From: Hyphomicrobiales bacterium
GTDB lineage: Bacteria > Pseudomonadota > Alphaproteobacteria > Rhizobiales > Aestuariivirgaceae
DNA: 64,000 nucleotides
NCBI GenBank assembly: GCA_031373255.1
Contig: JANMMJ010000216.1
Location: 183-64,182, forward strand
Direction of reading: 5' to 3'
Position numbers and translations under genes: made by a program. Below the pieces are notes generated by a model. That model was not told the origin of the DNA. It saw nothing but the letters and a program-made list of their open reading frames with translations, and did no database searches. Shown here piece by piece: positions 9,503-19,687 of this stretch (within the stretch, counting starts at the first letter, position 1; each line of letters opens with the position of its first letter).

Positions 9503-11028
9503 GGCGATTTGCTTTCGCGCAAGCTTGCCGGGAGATGGGTGGCAAACCATGCCCTGAGATCCGCCAGGGCCGGGTGGCCAAGATTTCGCTCCAGATACCG
9601 TGAGACCCGGGGAATATGGCGAAGATAGCCATGCTTGCCATCGCGCTTCGAAAGCCTGGCAAAGATGCCGAGGATCTTGGTGGCGCGCTGGGCGCCCAGA
9701 ATGGCATAGGCGAGACGAAATTCGGGCTCTTTGAACTCGTCGTGAGCCCGGCGTTCCTGGTAGTAAATCTCGTAAAGCTCATCGGCCATGGCGAAAGGAA
9801 TATCGACGCGCGCATCCTGCAGCATTGAAGCCAGATCATAGGCCGGATGGCCCAGAACGCAGTCCTGGGTGTCGATCAGCCCAACGCGGGCAATGCCGCT
9901 TCGCGCGGGAAGCCACATGAGATTGGGTGAGTGAAAATCGCGCAATGTCCATACGCGCTGCCGCGGTTCCACCGCATCGAAAAGTGGCGACCAGATGGCG
10001 GAAAAGCTTTCGCGCACATCACTGGCGATGGTTTCATTGCGCAAGAATGGCCAGCACCAGTCGGTCAACAGGCTGGCTTCGATTTCGAGTGCACCGCGAT
10101 CATAGACCGGGATGCGATGCAATTTACCACCGGGCAGGGGTGCGGTTTCCGGCCATTGTTCCGCAGCGATGCGCGCGAGTAGGCGCACGGCTTCGGTCAT
10201 GGGCTCGCGCATTTCGCGCCTTGCGAGCAGCATGCGGCCATAGACGTTGTCGCCCAGGTCTTCGATGACAGCGAGGCCCTGCTCGAGATCGTAGGCATAG
10301 GTCCGGGGAGCGCTGTATCCCCGGCTCAGCAGTTCGTGATTGACCGCAACAACAGCGCGGATGTTCTCGGCGAGGTGAGCGATCTGGCTGTAGGGTTTGC
10401 CATCCTTGACCGGCGGCCCATCCGGCCGGGGCGGCATGTCCATCAGCACATATGCCGAACCTCCCCGATAAAGCCGTTCATAACGCCGGAAGGACGCATC
10501 GCCTTCGAGAAAGATGCGGGCGGCGTCGCTCCAACCCGTTTCATCGAGGAATTTTTCAATGGCGGCGAGGCGGGCCAGCGCCTGGGCGCAGGTCCCCCTT
10601 GCCGTGAGTGTTGCGGTGCGGCTCGGGCCACTGCCGGCCAGCTTCACATGCAAGGTATCCGCGCAGAGAGTGCGTTCGAGTTTCTCTGGCCATTCAACCA
10701 CGAGCAGTGCCGTGTGCAGGCCATCGTCGAGCCCCAGTTCATCGATCTCGGAGGGCGAACCGATGCGATAGAGGTCGGCGTGCATGACGGGAAACCGAGT
10801 CTGGTCATAGGTCTGGACCAAGGTAAAGGTCGGGCTCGGGATATCGAAGGCTAGACCGGGTGGCGCCAGTGCACGGATCAGGGCGCGGGCCAGCGTCGAT
10901 TTGCCAGCACCCAGATCACCCTCAAGCAGGAGGGCCGTGCCGGTGCGGGCAACAAGCGCCAGTTCGGCGCCGAGGGCATCGGTAGCGGCGGGTCCCGGCA
11001 AGTGCCGGACAAGCGATATTTGGTTCAC
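9499..11028 (-). CDS. tsaE: bifunctional TsaE (t6A ATPase, P-loop GDLGAGKST) / aminoglycoside-phosphotransferase-fold kinase (AmgK-like anomeric MurNAc/GlcNAc kinase)
   Basis: Single 509-aa ORF. Residues 1-150 look like TsaE (Walker A, VVEWPE). Residues ~160-509 have the APH/choline-kinase fold (DxHxxN-like, DFHSPN motif). This fusion is typical of Rhizobiales. Confidence 0.75.
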   Translation of the reverse strand: MNQISLVRHLPGPAATDALGAELALVARTGTALLLEGDLGAGKSTLARALIRALAPPGLAFDIPSPTFTLVQTYDQTRFPVMHADLYRIGSPSEIDELGLDDGLHTALLVVEWPEKLERTLCADTLHVKLAGSGPSRTATLTARGTCAQALARLAAIEKFLDETGWSDAARIFLEGDASFRRYERLYRGGSAYVLMDMPPRPDGPPVKDGKPYSQIAHLAENIRAVVAVNHELLSRGYSAPRTYAYDLEQGLAVIEDLGDNVYGRMLLARREMREPMTEAVRLLARIAAEQWPETAPLPGGKLHRIPVYDRGALEIEASLLTDWCWPFLRNETIASDVRESFSAIWSPLFDAVEPRQRVWTLRDFHSPNLMWLPARSGIARVGLIDTQDCVLGHPAYDLASMLQDARVDIPFAMADELYEIYYQERRAHDEFKEPEFRLAYAILGAQRATKILGIFARLSKRDGKHGYLRHIPRVSRYLERNLGHPALADLRAWFATHLPASLRESKSP

Positions 11029-11031
11029 GGT

Positions 11032-13452
11032 TCAAGACGCTTTACGTATTCCGGGTCCATTGATCGGGAACCGGCAAACAACCGTCGTGCCCTTCCCGAG
11101 CTGCGAATGGAGCGAGACCTTGCCTTCGTGCAACTCAACGAAGCTTTTGACAATGGCAAGACCCAGACCCGCACCGCGGTGACCGCCTGTTACCGGCTTC
11201 GACTGGAAGCGGTCAAAGGCTTTCTGCTGGAATTCAGGTTCGATGCCACGTCCGGTGTCCGCCACCCAGAGCAGCACGTCATCGTTGTCGCGCCTGGTTC
11301 CCATGCGGATGGCACCACCTTTCGCCGAAAAGCCGATGGCGTTTGACATGAGATTCAGGAGAATCTGGCGTATGCGCTTGCTGTCGCCCACAAACTCAGC
11401 GGCATCGTCGGCCACTTCGATGCTGACGGTCAGATCGTTCTTGGCGATACGGCTCTCAAGTGCATCGGTCACCTCCTGCATCACAGCGACGGAGTCGATC
11501 GAATCGAGACGTAATTCCATGGCGCCAGCATCAATGGTTGTAAGATCGAGAATGGCATCGATGACCGCGAGCAGATCCTGTGACGAGGTCTGAATATGAC
11601 GCAGATACTCGTGCTGTTTCGACTGGAGTTCCCCGGCGATGCCAAGCGACAGGCTTTCGGCAAAGCCCAGGATGTTGGTGAGTGGCGTTCGTAATTCGTA
11701 AGAGACCTTCGACATGAAGCCGGTTTTCAAGCGGTCAGCGGCTTCAAGGGCCTCGGTGCGCTCACGCAGGGCGCGCTCTATGCGTGAGCTATCGGTGACA
11801 TCGACATAGGTCACCAGAGTGTTGCCATCCGGCAGGGGCACCGAGGCAAATTCGAGCACCAGGCCATCCTTACGGATCAAGCGGCCCTTGATCGGGCGGC
11901 GCGAGGTATCAAGGGTTGTCACCGCATATTTGAATTCGTCCCAGTGAAGCTCGTCGCTGTGATGCTTGAGGCTCTCCTCGGCCACCTGGTCGGCATGCGG
12001 TTCCTTTTCGAGAAAGGCGGGCGACAATGACCAGAAGCGGGCGAAAGCCGGGTTGTACAATTTGAGGCGGCCATCGGACCCGAACAAAGCCACGCCCTCG
12101 TGCAGATTGTCGAGGGTTTCGCGCTGTACGCCGATCATTTCATTGTAGCGGCTTTCAAGCTGAATTGCCCTTGTGGCATCCTCATAAAGATAGGTAACGC
12201 CGCCGAAGGGATGCTGTTCACAGATGACATGGAGCGAACGGCCATCGGGCAGATACCACCAGCTTTCGCGGGTTTCGATGGTGGTGTAAGCCTGCAACTG
12301 CTTTCCCTTCCAGTCGCGGTAGTTGGCCTGTTCCGGCAGGTTGCGCAGTTCGCGCAAACGGTCGAGGATTTCGCCATCGCGCGGACTGGTGGCCAACCAA
12401 TCCGCATCCAGGCCCCAGAGTTCGACGTAGGCAGAATTGTAAAAACTGAGCCGCTGGTCGAGGCCGAAGATGGCAATCGCGGTGCTCAGCTTGTCGAGGG
12501 TGTTGGCATGAGCCTGGATATGGCGTTTCAGTTCCTTCTGCGTTTCCTCCAGCGCAGTGACATCAAGCCCGTATCCCGCCGAACCACCTGACAGGGTGTA
12601 TTCGTGGATATCGAGTGCGTGCTTAGCACCAGAGATGACCGCATGGGTGCGGCCGACAAAGCCGTTCTCGGTGGTGTCGCCTGGCGTTTCAATCTTGCGC
12701 CGGTCAACCAGTTCAAGCTTGCCCTGGATCACTGCATCGACGCCATTGGCTTCGACAGCCTTGATATAGGCGCGGTTTACCCAGATGAGATCGCCGTTGT
12801 CATCGCGCATCCAGATCGGCAGCGGGGCCGAGTCGATCAGGGCACTCAGACGTTCGACCTGCTTGCCCAGCTTGCGGGCGTCATAGGCGAGCTTGGTCAC
12901 GTCGGCGCGCTCGCCAGCCAGGGGGCGGATGCGCAGTGTGGCAATGCCACCGGCGGTCCGGCCATCGGCCTCTAGCAGTTCCTCGTCCGTGGTCTTGACG
13001 CCAAGATTGAACGCGGTTCCGGTTTCGCGCATCTGGGCGATGGCGGTTTCAAGCGCATTGGCCGATTCAAGTTCCAGCCATCCGGCAAAGTTCATAATGG
13101 CCTGTGGCTCAGCTGGAACATGGGCAGCGCCCCGCATGTTGTTGGCTATGCGGTCCGGCACGCCTTCGCGGCCGCGCCAAATGAATAGAATGTTGGGCTC
13201 AGCGCCGAGGGCGGCTTCGGCTTCATTCAGGGCGGCTTCCAGTTCGCTGACCTGCCGGCGCGTGCCGCTCGAGGTGCGCGAGGTCCGGCGAAAGGCCACG
13301 AAGGCCCAGAGCAGCACCACGACGGTCGCCAGCATGGCAATATAGATCAACGGCAATGACGCCTGGTCGAACAGGCCCGAATTGCCCGCCGCGATGCTGG
13401 AATCTGCCGCCAATGTAAAAACTACGCTCCCAATTCCGACGCAACAGGGCAC
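11032..13452 (-). CDS. PAS-domain sensor histidine kinase (membrane anchored, HisKA H-box + HATPase_c)
   Basis: 806-aa ORF with an N-terminal TM helix, PAS-like repeats, H-box ELRTPLTNILGFAE, and N/G1/G2 boxes (LMSNAIGFS, GTGRGIE, GAGLGLAIV). Confidence 0.8.
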   Translation of the reverse strand: MPCCVGIGSVVFTLAADSSIAAGNSGLFDQASLPLIYIAMLATVVVLLWAFVAFRRTSRTSSGTRRQVSELEAALNEAEAALGAEPNILFIWRGREGVPDRIANNMRGAAHVPAEPQAIMNFAGWLELESANALETAIAQMRETGTAFNLGVKTTDEELLEADGRTAGGIATLRIRPLAGERADVTKLAYDARKLGKQVERLSALIDSAPLPIWMRDDNGDLIWVNRAYIKAVEANGVDAVIQGKLELVDRRKIETPGDTTENGFVGRTHAVISGAKHALDIHEYTLSGGSAGYGLDVTALEETQKELKRHIQAHANTLDKLSTAIAIFGLDQRLSFYNSAYVELWGLDADWLATSPRDGEILDRLRELRNLPEQANYRDWKGKQLQAYTTIETRESWWYLPDGRSLHVICEQHPFGGVTYLYEDATRAIQLESRYNEMIGVQRETLDNLHEGVALFGSDGRLKLYNPAFARFWSLSPAFLEKEPHADQVAEESLKHHSDELHWDEFKYAVTTLDTSRRPIKGRLIRKDGLVLEFASVPLPDGNTLVTYVDVTDSSRIERALRERTEALEAADRLKTGFMSKVSYELRTPLTNILGFAESLSLGIAGELQSKQHEYLRHIQTSSQDLLAVIDAILDLTTIDAGAMELRLDSIDSVAVMQEVTDALESRIAKNDLTVSIEVADDAAEFVGDSKRIRQILLNLMSNAIGFSAKGGAIRMGTRRDNDDVLLWVADTGRGIEPEFQQKAFDRFQSKPVTGGHRGAGLGLAIVKSFVELHEGKVSLHSQLGKGTTVVCRFPINGPGIRKAS

Positions 13453-13659
13453 AATTCTTCCCTGCCGCTCCCCTGCCAGATCCGAATCCCCCGGACCCCT
13501 GGTGACGCGTACACCTCATACTGACGAAAAATGCTTGGCCGCGACGCAGAACGAATCACTCGCACCGCTTCCGCCCAAATCTATACAGGCAAATGAATCG
13601 AGCCGGAATCCCGCAAGCTGTGGTTCGAAGATCGCAGAACTCCAGATGTTGATTCGGGC

Positions 13660-15063
13660 CTAGTAGCGGTAATAATCCGGCTTGTAGGGGCCCTGCCGGG
13701 TGACGCCGATATAGGCGGCCTGGTCGTCGCGAAGGCTGGTGAGTTTCACGCCCAGCTTGCCGAGGTGCAGGCTGGCCACCTTTTCATCGAGATGCTTCGG
13801 AAGCACGTAAACTTCATTCTTGTACTTGCCGGTCCTGGCGTTGGTAAAGAGTTCGATCTGGGCCAGCGTCTGGTTGGTGAAGGACGCCGACATCACAAAG
13901 CTCGGATGTCCCGTGGCGTTGCCAAGATTGACGAGGCGGCCCTGCGACAGGAGGATCATGCGATTGCCGGCCGGGAAATGCACCAGATCGACCTGCGGCT
14001 TGATGTTGGTCCATCTGAAGTTCTTGAGGGCCGAAACCTGGATCTCATTATCGAAGTGGCCAATGTTGCAGACAATGGCCATATCCTTCATCTGGCGCAT
14101 GTGATCGACGGTTATGACATCCTTGTTGCCGGTGGCGGTGACAAAGATATCGGCGTTGCCCACGACATCCTCCAGCGTCTGCACCGAGAAGCCATCCATG
14201 GCGGCCTGCAAGGCGCAGATCGGGTCGATCTCGGTGACGACAACTCGAGCGCCCGATCCCTTGAGGGATTGGGCCGAGCCCTTGCCGACATCGCCATAGC
14301 CGCAGACGATGGCGACCTTGCCTGCCATCATGACATCGGTGCCGCGGCGGATCGCATCAACGAGCGATTCGCGGCAGCCATACTTGTTGTCGAACTTCGA
14401 TTTGGTGACGCTGTCGTTGACATTGATCGCCGGGAAGGGAAGCTCGCCCTTTTTCTGCATGTCGTAGAGACGGTGCACGCCGGTGGTGGTTTCTTCCGAA
14501 ACCCCGATGATTGAAGCCTTGACCTTGTCAAACCAGCCGGGCTGATTCTTGATGCGCTTCTTGATCTCGGCGTAGAGGCATTCCTCCTCCTCGCTGGTGG
14601 GCTTCGACACGAGACTCGGGTCCTTTTCGGCCCTGCTGCCGAGGAGGATATAAAGTGTCGCATCGCCGCCGTCGTCGAGAATCATGTTGGTTGTCTGGCC
14701 ATTTGGCCATTCAAAAATCCTGGCGGTGTATTGCCAGTATTCCTCGAGGCTCTCGCCCTTAAAGGCAAAGACCGGAATGCCAGAAGCTGCTATGGCGGCG
14801 GCGGCGTGATCCTGGGTCGAATAGATGTTGCAGGAGGCCCAGCGCACGTCGGCACCAAGGGCCGCCAGGGTCTCGATCAAAACTGCCGTCTGGATGGTCA
14901 TGTGCAGCGAGCCGGACACGCGCGCACCCTTCAACGGCTGCAGCGACTTGAATTCGGCGCGAGTGGCCATGAGTCCTGGCATTTCCACTTCCGCCATCTC
15001 GATTTCCTTGCGGCCCCAATCGGCAAGCTTGATGTCGGCGACGTGATAATCCTTGGCGGTCAT
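13660..15063 (-). CDS. ahcY: adenosylhomocysteinase
   Basis: 467 aa with an NAD-binding GYGDVGKG motif and conservation throughout with S-adenosyl-L-homocysteine hydrolase. Confidence 0.95.
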   Translation of the reverse strand: MTAKDYHVADIKLADWGRKEIEMAEVEMPGLMATRAEFKSLQPLKGARVSGSLHMTIQTAVLIETLAALGADVRWASCNIYSTQDHAAAAIAASGIPVFAFKGESLEEYWQYTARIFEWPNGQTTNMILDDGGDATLYILLGSRAEKDPSLVSKPTSEEEECLYAEIKKRIKNQPGWFDKVKASIIGVSEETTTGVHRLYDMQKKGELPFPAINVNDSVTKSKFDNKYGCRESLVDAIRRGTDVMMAGKVAIVCGYGDVGKGSAQSLKGSGARVVVTEIDPICALQAAMDGFSVQTLEDVVGNADIFVTATGNKDVITVDHMRQMKDMAIVCNIGHFDNEIQVSALKNFRWTNIKPQVDLVHFPAGNRMILLSQGRLVNLGNATGHPSFVMSASFTNQTLAQIELFTNARTGKYKNEVYVLPKHLDEKVASLHLGKLGVKLTSLRDDQAAYIGVTRQGPYKPDYYRY

Positions 15064-15132
15064 GGCAATCCTCGGTCCTGATGGCTGATATTCGGGGGGC
15101 TATAGCAGGGCCGGGCAGTCGAGGCAATAAGG

Positions 15133-15152
15133 ATATAAAGAAGTCTTTATAT
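15133..15152. promoter_or_regulatory. AT-rich 20-bp palindrome ATATAAAGA-AG-TCTTTATAT, ~70 nt upstream of the ahcY start; candidate operator (SahR-type methionine-cycle regulator is one possibility)
   Basis: Perfect 9-bp inverted arms read directly from the sequence. The site sits in a GC-rich context in the ahcY 5' region. Confidence 0.4.
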
Positions 15153-15181
15153 GTTCTTAGAGGGACAGGGCGCGGGGCGCG

Positions 15182-15210
15182 TTGACACTGGTGGCCCCCT
15201 CCTCTATCAA
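15182..15210 (+). promoter_or_regulatory. sigma-70-like promoter for tRNA-Leu: TTGACA-N17-TATCAA
   Basis: -35 TTGACA at 15182-15187, a 17-nt spacer, and -10 TATCAA at 15205-15210. The mature tRNA 5' end is at 15223. Confidence 0.5.
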
Positions 15211-15222
15211 GCCCGCGTTCAA

Positions 15223-15307
<85 letters not shown>

Positions 15308-15320
15308 CTCACAGGACAAT

Positions 15321-15932
15321 ATGGCTATAAAGCTCCATAAGGGCGATCTGCCCCCCGGCCTCGATTTCGGGTCATCGGTCGCGATCGATACCGAAACGCT
15401 GGGACTCCTGCCGCGCCGCGACAAGCTGTGCCTGGTGCAACTTTCCTCTGGCGACGGCAATGCCCAACTGGTGCAGATCGACCGCAGCACCTATGAGGCG
15501 CCGAACCTCAAGGCGCTCCTAAGCAATCCGGCAGTTACCAAGATCTTCCATTTCGCGCGTTTCGACATTGCGGTTTTGAAACACTATCTCGACGTCGATG
15601 TTAACCCGATTTACTGCACCAAACTCGCCTCCAAACTGGTGCGCACCTATACCGACCGGCATGGCCTCAAGGATCTGGTGAAAGAACTGCTCGGCATTGA
15701 GCTCAACAAGCAGCAGCAAAGTTCGGACTGGGGCGCACATGTGCTGACCGATCCGCAGAAGCAGTATGCAGCACAGGACGTGCTCTATCTGCACGAACTG
15801 AAGAGCCGTCTTGACCAGATGCTGGCGCGCGAGGGCCGCGCCGATCTCGCCATGCAATGCTTTGAATTTCTGCCGGTCAGAGCGGCACTGGACCTCGGGG
15901 GATGGACCGAGGAAGATGTCTTCGCCCACTAA
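15321..15932 (+). CDS. rnd: short ribonuclease D-like 3'-5' exonuclease (DEDDy family)
   Basis: 203 aa with exo motifs DTETLGL, YAAQDV.YL and a HELK region. It occupies the conserved position ahead of lptC-lptA-lptB. Confidence 0.8.
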   Translation: MAIKLHKGDLPPGLDFGSSVAIDTETLGLLPRRDKLCLVQLSSGDGNAQLVQIDRSTYEAPNLKALLSNPAVTKIFHFARFDIAVLKHYLDVDVNPIYCTKLASKLVRTYTDRHGLKDLVKELLGIELNKQQQSSDWGAHVLTDPQKQYAAQDVLYLHELKSRLDQMLAREGRADLAMQCFEFLPVRAALDLGGWTEEDVFAH

Positions 15933-16557
15933 CATCCGCATCGCCCAGCAGATTCGCCGGCGCGCCCGCATCGCATCCGTCCTCAGCTACCTGACCGCCT
16001 TCATGACGGCCGGCATTATCGTTGTCTTCGTGCTGCAGGCCGGTCTGTTCCAGATGATCTTGCCCGCCGAAAGGGCGCCAGCGCCTGAGATTGCGCTGCC
16101 ATCGCAGGTAAGTGCCGGTGCCTCGACAATTTCGGGGATCGACAATGAAAATCTCCCTTATGAATTCAGCGCAGAAACTGCAGTGCAGGACAAGGAGCAA
16201 GCCCATCTGGTGCATCTCGAGACGCTGCGCGGCAGCTTCCGGCGGCCGCAGGGCCAGGTGTTCGATGTCGCGGCACAGCAAGGGCTCTATGACAGCAAGA
16301 ACGACACGCTCGATCTCATGAAGGATGTAAACGTCGTATCGAAAGGACGGTTCGGCGCCGTCATGGAGAAGGCCCATGTGACCGTGAAAGAGAAGACGCT
16401 GACATCTGATTCACCGGTTAACGTGACACTCGACAATGGCAGCACTGTCGTTGCCAACGGTCTCAAAATATCGGATGACGGGCGGCATATTCTGTTCTTG
16501 AATGGCGTTAAGGCGAAGTTCACAGCTTCGGGGACCAAAGGAGATGCCCAGCCATGA
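15916..16557 (+). CDS. lptC: LPS export system protein LptC
   Basis: N-terminal TM anchor (ASVLSYLTAFMTAGIIVVFVL) followed by a beta-rich periplasmic domain, located upstream of lptA. Start placed at ATG 15916 (MSSPTNIR), overlapping the rnd end. Confidence 0.7.
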   Translation: MSSPTNIRIAQQIRRRARIASVLSYLTAFMTAGIIVVFVLQAGLFQMILPAERAPAPEIALPSQVSAGASTISGIDNENLPYEFSAETAVQDKEQAHLVHLETLRGSFRRPQGQVFDVAAQQGLYDSKNDTLDLMKDVNVVSKGRFGAVMEKAHVTVKEKTLTSDSPVNVTLDNGSTVVANGLKISDDGRHILFLNGVKAKFTASGTKGDAQP

Positions 16558-17063
16558 TGCGGGCCGCAATTCTATCAGCATTGATGTTCACCGCTACGGC
16601 GTTTCCGCTTGCAGCACAGACTGTCGATACCAGCGTTGCCGCCGCGGAGGCAAAGACCCCGCGTGAAGTCGATGTCGAGGCGGACAAGATGGAAATTCTC
16701 GACGAGAAAAAAACCGTCATCTTCACTGGAAACGTGCGGGGTAAGCGCGGCGATGTCAGCCTCACCAGCGATACGCTGACCGTGCTTTACGTTGAAACGC
16801 CGGTGAGCGGCGGGGAGAACAAGACGGAGGTCACCCAGCTCGATGCCAAGGGCAAAGTGAAGATCGTCACACCGAAGCAGACGGTGACTGGGGCATGGGC
16901 CAAGATGGATGTGAAAGCCAACAAGGTTACAGTGGGCGGCGACGTCAAGGTGGTGCAGGGAACCTCGGTCATCTCCGGAGCGCAACTGTTTGTTGACCTC
17001 AACAAGAACATTAGCGAAATGACGGGCGGGCGGGTCAAGGGCTCGTTCGTTCCAGCGCAGTAA
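16554..17063 (+). CDS. lptA: LPS transport periplasmic protein LptA (OstA-like)
   Basis: 169 aa with a signal peptide (MMRAAILSALMFTATAFPLAAQ) and an OstA-type beta-jellyroll motif pattern, sitting between lptC and lptB. Confidence 0.8.
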   Translation: MMRAAILSALMFTATAFPLAAQTVDTSVAAAEAKTPREVDVEADKMEILDEKKTVIFTGNVRGKRGDVSLTSDTLTVLYVETPVSGGENKTEVTQLDAKGKVKIVTPKQTVTGAWAKMDVKANKVTVGGDVKVVQGTSVISGAQLFVDLNKNISEMTGGRVKGSFVPAQ

Positions 17064-17108
17064 ACCAGCCGTTCACCCGATCTTAATGCAAATGAGTGGT
17101 AATCCCAG

Positions 17109-17957
17109 GTGACGCAGAACGGCGAAGTTCAGGCGGCTCTCAAGCCGGGCCAGACCAAACTGACATCACGGCGCACTCCGAAAGGCGGTGCGGCGCGGGA
17201 TCAGAGGGTCCCGGCGCGGAATCCGTTCGATGATCTGCCCGGCCTGGTGGCGCAGGGGTTGCAAAAAAGTTACAAGCGCCGGCCAGTGGTCAGGGAGGTC
17301 AGCCTCTCCGTGAAGCGTGGGGAAGCCGTTGGCCTCCTCGGACCCAACGGGGCCGGCAAGACGACGGTGTTCTACATGATCACCGGGCTGATTGCGGCAG
17401 ACCGGGGGAAAATCGAACTCGACGGGGCGGACGTCACTCATCTGCCGATGTATCAACGGGCGCGGCTCGGCATCGGCTATCTTGCCCAGGAAAGCTCGAT
17501 CTTCCGTGGACTTACGGTAGAAGAAAACATTCGCGCCGTTCTCGAGCTCCGTGAGCCTTCGAGAGCCCAGCGCGACAGTCAGTTGCGTGAGTTGCTTGAT
17601 GAATTCTCGATTACCCATCTCCGGGATACGCCGGCTGTGGCACTATCTGGAGGAGAGCGTCGCCGCGTGGAAATCGCACGCGCCCTTGCCGCCAGGCCAC
17701 AGTTCATGCTCCTTGACGAACCCTTTGCCGGCATCGACCCGATTGCAATCGGTGATATACGCGTCCTGGTGCGACAGCTCACCGCTCGGGGAATCGGGGT
17801 GCTTGTTACGGATCACAACGTGCGTGAAACCCTTGAACTTATCGACCGCGCGCTCATCATCCATGAGGGCTCGGTCCTGACCGAGGGTACGCCAGATGAA
17901 ATCGTCAGCAATCCGGACGTCCGCCGCCACTATCTCGGCGAGACGTTCACAATGTAA
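17109..17957 (+). CDS. lptB: LPS export ABC transporter ATP-binding protein LptB
   Basis: Walker A GPNGAGKTT, signature LSGGERRRVEIARAL, Walker B LLDEPFAGID, and position just upstream of rpoN. GTG start with an N-terminal extension of uncertain length. Confidence 0.85.
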   Translation: MTQNGEVQAALKPGQTKLTSRRTPKGGAARDQRVPARNPFDDLPGLVAQGLQKSYKRRPVVREVSLSVKRGEAVGLLGPNGAGKTTVFYMITGLIAADRGKIELDGADVTHLPMYQRARLGIGYLAQESSIFRGLTVEENIRAVLELREPSRAQRDSQLRELLDEFSITHLRDTPAVALSGGERRRVEIARALAARPQFMLLDEPFAGIDPIAIGDIRVLVRQLTARGIGVLVTDHNVRETLELIDRALIIHEGSVLTEGTPDEIVSNPDVRRHYLGETFTM

Positions 17958-17972
17958 AGCCGGGGTCCAATC

Positions 17973-19490
17973 ATGGCGCTGACCCAACGGCTCGAAATGC
18001 GCCAGGGGCAATCCCTGGTGATGACACCGCAACTGCAGCAGGCGATCAAGCTGCTGCAGATGTCCAATCTCGAACTGCAATCCTTTGTCGAGACCGAACT
18101 CGAACGCAATCCACTGCTCGAGCGCGATGAGCGGCAAGAAGCCGCCACCCAGGAGAAGCCCGCAAGCGAAGAGAGTTCGGGCGATGTGGCCAGCGCCCTC
18201 AAGGATGAGGGACATGTGGCCGAGCGCATCGAAGGCCTCGATACCGGGCTGGAAAACGTCTATGCCGACGAATCGCGCGCCGATCATGACAATCGCATGC
18301 TGCCCGGGCCTACGGACACCAGCTGGTCGTCGGTGAAATCGTCGGGCTCGCTTTCGCTTGATTCGAACGAACTGGATTTCGGCGCCTCGCTGACGCGCGG
18401 CAAGACGCTCGCCGAACACTTGACCGACCAGATGAATGTGACACTGGACGATCCAGCCGACCGGCTGATCGGGCAGCATCTGATCGGCATGGTAAACGAA
18501 GCGGGCTATCTCACAACCGATGTCGCATCGGTTGCGGAAATGCTGGGAACCAGCGATGAGCAGATCGAGCGTGTGCTCAAGATCCTGCAGAGCTTCGATC
18601 CCGCCGGTGTGTTTGCCCGCGATCTCAAGGAATGCCTGTCGCTCCAGCTCAAGGACCGGGACCGCTTCGATCCGGCTATGGCAACACTGATCGCAAATCT
18701 CGAACTGCTGGCCAAACGCGATTTCCAGACCTTGAAAGCGCTGTGCAAGGTTGATCTCGACGACATCAAGGATATGGTCGCCGAAGTCCGGCGGCTTGAT
18801 CCAAAGCCTGGTCATGCCTTTGGCGCGGACCCGGTGCAGCCCGTTGTGCCGGACGCCTTCATCAGGCCGGCTCCTGACGGGAGCTGGCTGGTCGAACTGA
18901 ACAGCGAGACGCTGCCGCGAGTCATCGTCAACAACCGCTATATGGCGACGGTTTCGGCAGGGGCAGCGCGAGCATCCGACAAGGAGTATCTCTCGGAGTG
19001 CCATGCCAACGCAACCTGGCTGGTCAAGAGCCTCGACCAACGGGCCAAGACCATCCTCAAGGTGGCGCGCGAGATTGTGCGGCAGCAGGATGCCTTTCTC
19101 GTGCTCGGCGTGCAGCATCTCAGGCCGATCAACCTGAAGACCGTGGCAGACGCCATTTCAATGCATGAATCGACGGTCAGCCGGGTCACCTCGAACAAGT
19201 ACATGGCGACACCACGCGGCATTTTCGAGTTCAAATACTTCTTCACGACCGCCATCGCTTCCGCAGAAGAAGGCGGACAGGCGCACTCTTCGGAATCGGT
19301 GCGGCACAGGATCAAGGACCTGATCGAAGGCGAGAAGCCGGCGAACGTGCTTTCGGATGACATGATCGTTGAAATACTGAAACGGGCGGGCATCGATATC
19401 GCCCGGCGCACAGTTGCCAAGTATCGGGAATCGCTTGGTATTCAGTCATCGGTGCAACGCCGGAGAGAGAAACGGGCGTATGGCGGCTAG
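17973..19490 (+). CDS. rpoN: RNA polymerase sigma-54 factor
   Basis: N-terminal region I MALTQRLEMRQGQSLVMTPQLQQAIKLLQ and the C-terminal RpoN box ARRTVAKYRE. Confidence 0.95.
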   Translation: MALTQRLEMRQGQSLVMTPQLQQAIKLLQMSNLELQSFVETELERNPLLERDERQEAATQEKPASEESSGDVASALKDEGHVAERIEGLDTGLENVYADESRADHDNRMLPGPTDTSWSSVKSSGSLSLDSNELDFGASLTRGKTLAEHLTDQMNVTLDDPADRLIGQHLIGMVNEAGYLTTDVASVAEMLGTSDEQIERVLKILQSFDPAGVFARDLKECLSLQLKDRDRFDPAMATLIANLELLAKRDFQTLKALCKVDLDDIKDMVAEVRRLDPKPGHAFGADPVQPVVPDAFIRPAPDGSWLVELNSETLPRVIVNNRYMATVSAGAARASDKEYLSECHANATWLVKSLDQRAKTILKVAREIVRQQDAFLVLGVQHLRPINLKTVADAISMHESTVSRVTSNKYMATPRGIFEFKYFFTTAIASAEEGGQAHSSESVRHRIKDLIEGEKPANVLSDDMIVEILKRAGIDIARRTVAKYRESLGIQSSVQRRREKRAYGG

Positions 19491-19687
19491 ATGGCAAAAC
19501 AGGTTTGACAAGGCGCAAGGCAGAGACTAGCTTCCGGCCCGATTTGAGAGGCAAATTTACGGCCTTGATCCGGATCGGCCCCAATTTTTGCGGACGGCGG
19601 CAACGAGCGGAAAGAGTAACTGGAAGCCATTGACGTCAACCTGAAACCCGCCCACATGACAGAGGGCGAGGGAGCTCTATCGGACTC

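Noticed and set aside
15064-15222. SAH riboswitch expected upstream of ahcY
   Set aside because: The reverse complement of the leader lacks the conserved SAH-riboswitch pseudoknot segments that I recall from the consensus; only a generic CCTCG...CGAGG stem is present. This class is also mainly beta/gamma-proteobacterial. A covariance-model scan would be decisive.
15811-15915. Upstream extension of the lptC ORF into rnd
   Set aside because: The extension overlaps the rnd C-terminus. LptC homologs begin shortly before the TM anchor, so ATG 15916 was preferred.
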